From the human T2T-CHM13v2.0 reference genome, Homo sapiens, in the NCBI RefSeq assembly GCF_009914755.1, contig NC_060942.1: DNA of 64,000 nucleotides; one strand, given 5' to 3'. Below are positions 58,130-64,000 of this stretch, piece after piece. The stretch's first letter is position 1; each line of letters starts with the position of its first letter. The notes below the pieces were generated by a model that made no database searches, was not told where the DNA came from, and saw only the letters and a list, made by a program, of their open reading frames with translations. Made by a program: the position numbers and the translations under genes.

Positions 58130-58890
58130 GTCAGAGAACTGACTTTTTCTGACCTCCCATGTCTGATCAACTGCCAGGTCATATGACTTCTACACCCAAG
58201 TATCTTTAGAATATGTCCATTTATCTCTGGTCCCTATTGCCATCATCCTATTGAGCCACTATCCAGTCTTACCTGGACTACAGCAACAGTTTCCTAACTG
58301 TTTCCCTGATTTCCACCCACACCCTTTGCTAATCTATTCTCCATAATGAGCCAGAGTGATCTTTCTAAATACCAAGAATGACAATATCTTTAACTTTATA
58401 CATACATCCACACTTTTATACCTCTTTTCCCTATGCCTGTTTAAACCATCTTGTTTAAAATAATTCAATGGTTCATTCTTACTCTTAAGATAAGAGCCTG
58501 AGCTCTTCGTCATGGTTTTAAGTCACTTGCTGCTCTATCCGTCTTGAATACCAGCATTTTTCTCCAGCCACTCTCTAAAAAAATGTGCAACCTGAGCCAC
58601 TGACTTCCTTTCTGCTTCTCCCTTACCTTCCCGACACCCCCTGCTTTCACTATGGTTCATTTGTTTTCCCCGTCTTTGGAAAGCTTTGCATCAATTCTTT
58701 TGTATTTCTACTATATTTTGTTTAAACACATAAAAAAATCACCAGTTTATGATAATTGGTTATTCTTTCTATTCTTTATACTTCGATAGGGGCAGGGCTC
58801 AGTTTGACATTCTTTATTGTGTTATCTGAGCGTAGATCGGTACTCAGCATTAAATAAATGGGTAACTAACAGTTAAGTGAATAAATGTGA
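58130..58890 (+). mobile_element. L2 fragment including 3' end
   Basis: tcttacctggactacagcaacagtttcctaactg...agccagagtgatctttctaaat...gtactcagcattaaataaatg. Confidence 0.75.
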
Positions 58891-59454
58891 AACTGGGCAA
58901 AACAAAAATAAAGTTTTGTAAGAGAAGGGTAACTCTGATCTATAAAACAGCAGGAAAGAATTGAGATTGACTGGGATTTGAGATATCCACAGAGAGCCTT
59001 TCATTCTGGGAAATGATATGAGGAAAAAAAGTTATCAGTATAACAATGGAGAGACTATCTACTTGATAGTAGCAGTAGGTAGATGGTGGATACACTAGGA
59101 AATGGGGACACTTACCTACATGTGGGGAGTCACAGTTATAAGAAAGTAGAAGGCCTTGAAGACAGGGAAGAAATTTATATTTGAAGTGGCAATAAACATA
59201 GGATATATAAAATATTTGACCCAGTATCTGGAACCTGTCAGAGAAAGGTTTGTGTGAAAGAAGCTAAAATATTACTCTCTCCCTTATTGAGAAACTAAAG
59301 CAGCAAGAGACCCTCTTTGTACAATCCTTGAATTGGCAGATGATTTTTTAAAACTGTGATCAGCAGGTAGGATGCCAGAAAACATAAGCTGGCAGGCTCT
59401 TTAGTCTGATGGCTAAGTCTAAAGCAATGTGCTTCTATGCCCCAGCTGTATAAT

Positions 59455-59615
59455 ACTAATAAAGATATTTAACCTACTTAAACCTCAGTTTTCTTCTGTG
59501 AAAATGGGGATAAAATAACTTACCTCATAAGGCTGTCATGAGGACGAAATAATGTCATTTAGATAAAGTGCTTGCCTCCTAGTAAACATTCAATGAAAGT
59601 TTCTATTATTTTCAT
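59455..59615 (+). mobile_element. MIR
   Basis: aacctcagttttcttctgtgaaaatggggataaaataacttacctcataaggctgtcatgagga. Confidence 0.85.
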
Positions 59616-62600
59616 GACATATTGTGCTTATTTTATTACTTTGTGTTCACAGTTTCTATTCTAAGGTAGAAAGGTTCAGCATGAGTTATGTATCCTTGTT
59701 AAATTAGTTTTCTGATTGTGGTTTTTGATTAAATGTCATGTAAGAGTCAAAGCAGAAATAAATAATCATACATGCAAGATGTTATACCACAAAAGAACCG
59801 TGGAACATAAAAGGTGAGGAGGATTTCACCCCTTGTGACACTGTTTAATTCACTTGAAAAACCATGAAACATTTAGAAAAACTTGATATTTTGTAAATTA
59901 GTGAGTTGACTCATTTGATCAAATATTCAAAAATGATAAATCAACAAATGTTATGTTTTCATTTATGACAACTGTGATTTGCACAGCAAACAATAGCATT
60001 GATAACGGCATTCTCACATGCAGACTCTGTTTAGACCTCAAAGTAGAGCCACATATGGGGCAGCATACAGATGAATTAATGCAACTATGCTCTGGGACAA
60101 GGCATTGTAAAACTGGAGGTTTGCTGGTGAGGAAGAGAAGGCTAGGACCTGAACGCGTGAGGGAAATGGAGTTGACAGAAGATACTGGCTCTAACAAAGA
60201 TGATTTTTTCCAAGTCAAAGGTTCTGAAAGATGTACCTAGCTTGGCCACAGGTCAGTGCATATCAGGATAGAAAGCCCAATGGTTGTACAGAGCAGAACC
60301 CTTGAAACCAATATTTATTGTAATTAGGCACAATGCCATCTTGTTGTGGAAGAGCAATTCATTCACAGCAGATTCCCGGCCAATGGCAAAAGCTAGAGAA
60401 GAGGACTTCAGCACTTTGGAAATTAATCTAGCAGGGTCTAGATAGGGAAATAGTATGCCATCCAGGTTGATTGAGCTCTACGGCCACAGGATAAGATGGA
60501 GCTTAGTTTTTACTAAACAGGATACAATAGAAGAGAAAAATGTAAAGATTAAATATGACATGATGGAGGGCTATAATATAGTTCAGTAGAACGCCCTCAC
60601 AGAATTTAAAGCACATTCTATGTCATTAGACATTCTGAATATTTGGCAGTACAATAACAAAGGACATGATATGTTAAGTAGGAATTGCTAACCTCATAAT
60701 TCCTAACTGATAAACTTCCTCCCATCTCTATCAAAGTTGACTCAAAAGGTAGGGCCATGGACCTATGGTTCTACCCATAAAAAAGCTCAACATTGGGGAG
60801 CTGAAAAATGGTACAACTAAGAGAAACCAAACAGCAGCTAGAAACCTCCATTGTCTAAGACAGTATTGTCAGACCTATGCTCCATAAGGCAACAACATGT
60901 TATTCACTAAGGAGAGAATGATGGAAGCGACCATATCTACCTTCTAGTGTCCTGAGTACCGGGGATATTTTTTGGTAAACTGGCTATTTGCTGCAGCAAT
61001 ATATGATTGTACGTTAGCTTGAAAATGCGATGAGAGCTTCAACCGCTTCTGGCTGAACTACTGTAACTTAGGCCAAGGTAGTTCATGGAAATATTATTTT
61101 AGTTATTTTGTAATTATATATAAAGTTTTAGAAAAGAAATAATGACCAGGAAAAAAAATAGTCCTCTGTTTTTTGTTTGTTTCATTTGCAAATCAATGAA
61201 TATGTTCTTAGGATGGTAAATGTGTATTAAAAATCTAAGAATTATCTTTCCCTCATTTATTTACAAACTCCTTTCGAGTAGTAATGCCGCTTTTGATTTC
61301 TTTTCCATTATTATTATGTTTCTTGCAGCATTTTTGTATATGTGAGTTATCCAAATATGTTCCTGAATAGTAGATGACTGCTCCATACTTTCTATCATTT
61401 ATGGGAAGATGGGTAACTAGAATATTTCCTGAATTTAATGGTTTAACATATAACTGGAAATTAAAATAAAATGCTATTGAACTCTTGGGAGAAGCTAATA
61501 GATAAAGCTTCATGCTTCTATAACAATAAAAATAAATTTTAATGTGATCATTAGAAACTATCTTTAAAGGTCATCTATTTTCCTTAAAGGTTAAGATAAT
61601 GGACTAAAAGCCAAATTTTATATGTTTTGTTTTTATTATTTTAACTTATGTTAACTTTTCTTTTAAGATCGTTGCGAGCTAAGATTGCACTTTAGTTTAT
61701 GCTAAATGCTTTAGCCATTTAAATATATAGCCTTGTAAAATATAAAAGCCAAAACACCTCTGAGAAATTTATCTGGATGCCATGTTCTTTGGGCCAAAGA
61801 TGTCCTTGTTAACCTATGGGAAGATCTTTCCTCTACTAACAAGAGACTCTGTTCCAGAAAACAAAATGGGCAGCTGAAAATCTTTTCCCTTGTTTTAAAG
61901 AACAAACACAGTTTGAAACTCTATTTTTTTTTAACCTGTTTTCAATAATCTCTACATTCAAAGTATAGGAGCTGAGACTGGCTTAAAGGAGGGAAAAAGG
62001 GATTATAAAAGCTCCACACAATTTGCCTTCTTCGGCACACCTACAGTTGAATGCTTTAGCTTCCTGCCAGGATGGTTAAGTTAACACTTAATTAGTATGT
62101 GTACCAAACAAAACGCGCTTCTGGGCAGCACTTTTTTTTTTTAAATTTTCCCCCCCACTGCCCCACAAATAAATAGACTGGTTTTCTGCCCAAAATATTC
62201 AAGAAAAAGACTGTGGTTGCCTGGGGCAGAGGCCAGATGCCTTGACTTCCAGCTTTCTTCCATCAAAGCCGTGCAGTTTGGAAATTAAAATCTACAGCAA
62301 TAATGAAACATATTAAAATGCATGCAAAGACTTGAGGGCTTATAATATGCTAAAAACTGGCAATGCATGTTTACATCCATATATCAACTTGGATGTGCTG
62401 AAAAGATTTAAAGTGTAAAATATGCAAATATGTGTCATATTGTCACACTTGGTCTCTCTAATGGAACTCCCTTTCATCTCAAGTCGTCTTAATTTCATGA
62501 ATATTACATGGCCCTCACACCTTTTACTCTTGCTGTTGCTAGGCTGAGAAGATTATGAAAATATGTTAATAGTAACTTTCATCAAATAAAAGTTGCAATA

Positions 62601-63229
62601 TTCCAAATAAAGCATTTTTCCTTCCTCTTAAAATACAAATAGTGAAGGGTTTCATGCTATTTTGTTTCCCTGTGGGAGACTAGATAACTATAGGCCAATT
62701 AAATTAATGAGCAAAGACCATGTGAATGGCAATATTTGCACATAATCCTGGCTGGCTGCACATATATACAGGTAAATAGTTGTATTTAAAACACCCTTGA
62801 AGGATGAAAATATTCCTATTTCTGGGGTGTTCAGGATGTAAAGAAATAATTTCTAAATTATACTGACCTACACAAAAGCCCATGAATTTATATTTAATAG
62901 TGAAAAACTATAGGAAGTAAAGGGAAGAGGGGAAGTTTGAGAAAGCCACCTTCATTTATGAAGGTGAAAAAACAATGATAACATTGGGATCTCAGATAAC
63001 CACAAAAAAGATAGGGATATATTTTGTCCATCTTGGACACATAGTCCTGGCCCTTTCAGAATGACAGCCTTGTTTCTGTATCCTGATAATGAACAAGGGC
63101 TCATTCTGTCTTGCCTTATTGGCTACTTTAATGAACAGTAAATGGCAAAAGCAACCAGAAGCGTTCTATTTTGTATCTAATGTGCACCAATGGGGAAAAA
63201 CTGTTGTCTGTGTAGAAATAATAAGAATC

Positions 63230-63496
63230 TTATTATTAATTATTATTATTATTATACTTTAAGTTCTAAGGTACATGTGTACAATGTTGCAGGTTTGTTA
63301 CATATGTGTACATGTGCCATGTTGGTGTGCTGCACCCATTCACTCGTTGGTTACATTAGGTATTTCTCCTAATGCTATTTCTCCCCCCTCCCCCCAACCC
63401 CATGACAGGCCCTGGTGTGTGACGTTCCCCACTCTGTGTCCAAGTGTTCTCACTGTTCAATTCCCACCTATGAATGAGAACATGCGGTGTTTGGTT
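63230..63496 (-). mobile_element. L1PA (about L1PA5-6) 3' end fragment with (TAA)n tail
   Basis: attatactttaagttctaaggtacatgtg...acaggccctggtgtgtgacgttcccc...gagaacatgcggtgtttggtt. Confidence 0.92.
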
Positions 63497-63795
63497 ATAC
63501 AGAGTGCCACCATGGATTCAATAACAGGAAAAAAAAGGAAGTCGGGGTTCAGTCAGAACTTTATTTTAGGGAGACACCAAACTTAATAAGCTTGGAGTAA
63601 AGATTATTGATAATCCATGGACAGGTATCCTATAAATAGGTAAAGGATGGTAAACTAAAAAAGTCACTTTCTAACGAGATCTCTGCTAGCAATTAAAATA
63701 AAGAAATTAAATGGCACTTGATAAGAGCCAGCTTTGTGGCCCAGGTAACTTTCTCTAGGCTCTGATTCCTAAAAGTATTTGCAAAGATGATGAGA

Positions 63796-63855
63796 GGATG
63801 GACACTCAACCAAGATTAATAACAAGGAAGGACACTCAACCAAGATTAATAACAA
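63796..63855. repeat. 30-bp tandem duplication
   Basis: ggatggacactcaaccaagattaataacaa / ggaaggacactcaaccaagattaataacaa (1 mismatch). Confidence 0.95.
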
Positions 63856-64000
63856 CAAGTTGCCTACACATGCAAAGGTCATGGTGGGGAAGCTGCAGCA
63901 CAGTGTGATCGGCTCCCAAGATAGGCAGGATAGAAGGAGTATTTGAAACTAAGTTTAGAAAGAAGACTGAGGGGGAGAATAAGCTATGGCTAAAGGCAAA

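Noticed and set aside
59919-60240. Overlapping 95-aa and 99-aa ORFs on opposite strands
   Set aside because: No recognisable homology or supporting gene structure
60500-60710. Possible CR1/L3 fragment
   Set aside because: Similarity too weak to call by eye

Overview
AT-rich, CpG-depleted mammalian DNA, almost certainly human because it carries an L1 with the human-specific pre-Ta 3'UTR diagnostics. It looks like a gene desert or a very large intron. I found no recognisable cellular protein-coding exon, RNA gene or CpG island. The only long ORF (548 aa, minus strand) is the uninterrupted C-terminal 504 aa of L1 ORF2p from a 5'-truncated 1.76-kb L1HS pre-Ta insertion, joined in frame to 44 codons of flanking DNA. 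Most of the rest is layered transposable elements: about a dozen Alu/FLAM copies (several with target-site duplications, TSDs), THE1B, MST, MLT1/MLT2 and other ERVL LTRs, a two-LTR MLT1A0 provirus with a perfect TSD, an LTR16 plus ERVL internal gag/pol remnant with nested insertions, a full MER1A, MER30, MER5, old L1M/HAL1, L2, MIR and microsatellites. Unique stretches hold candidate enhancers (homeobox cluster near 28.6 kb, CCAAT/HRE micro-cluster near 29.3 kb, AP-1/ARE sites near 5.9 and 57.3 kb) and strong orphan splice signals, including an 11-nt microexon-like unit at 19231-19241. I see no evidence for a new multi-gene system. Family names come from recalled consensus sequences and need RepeatMasker/Dfam confirmation.
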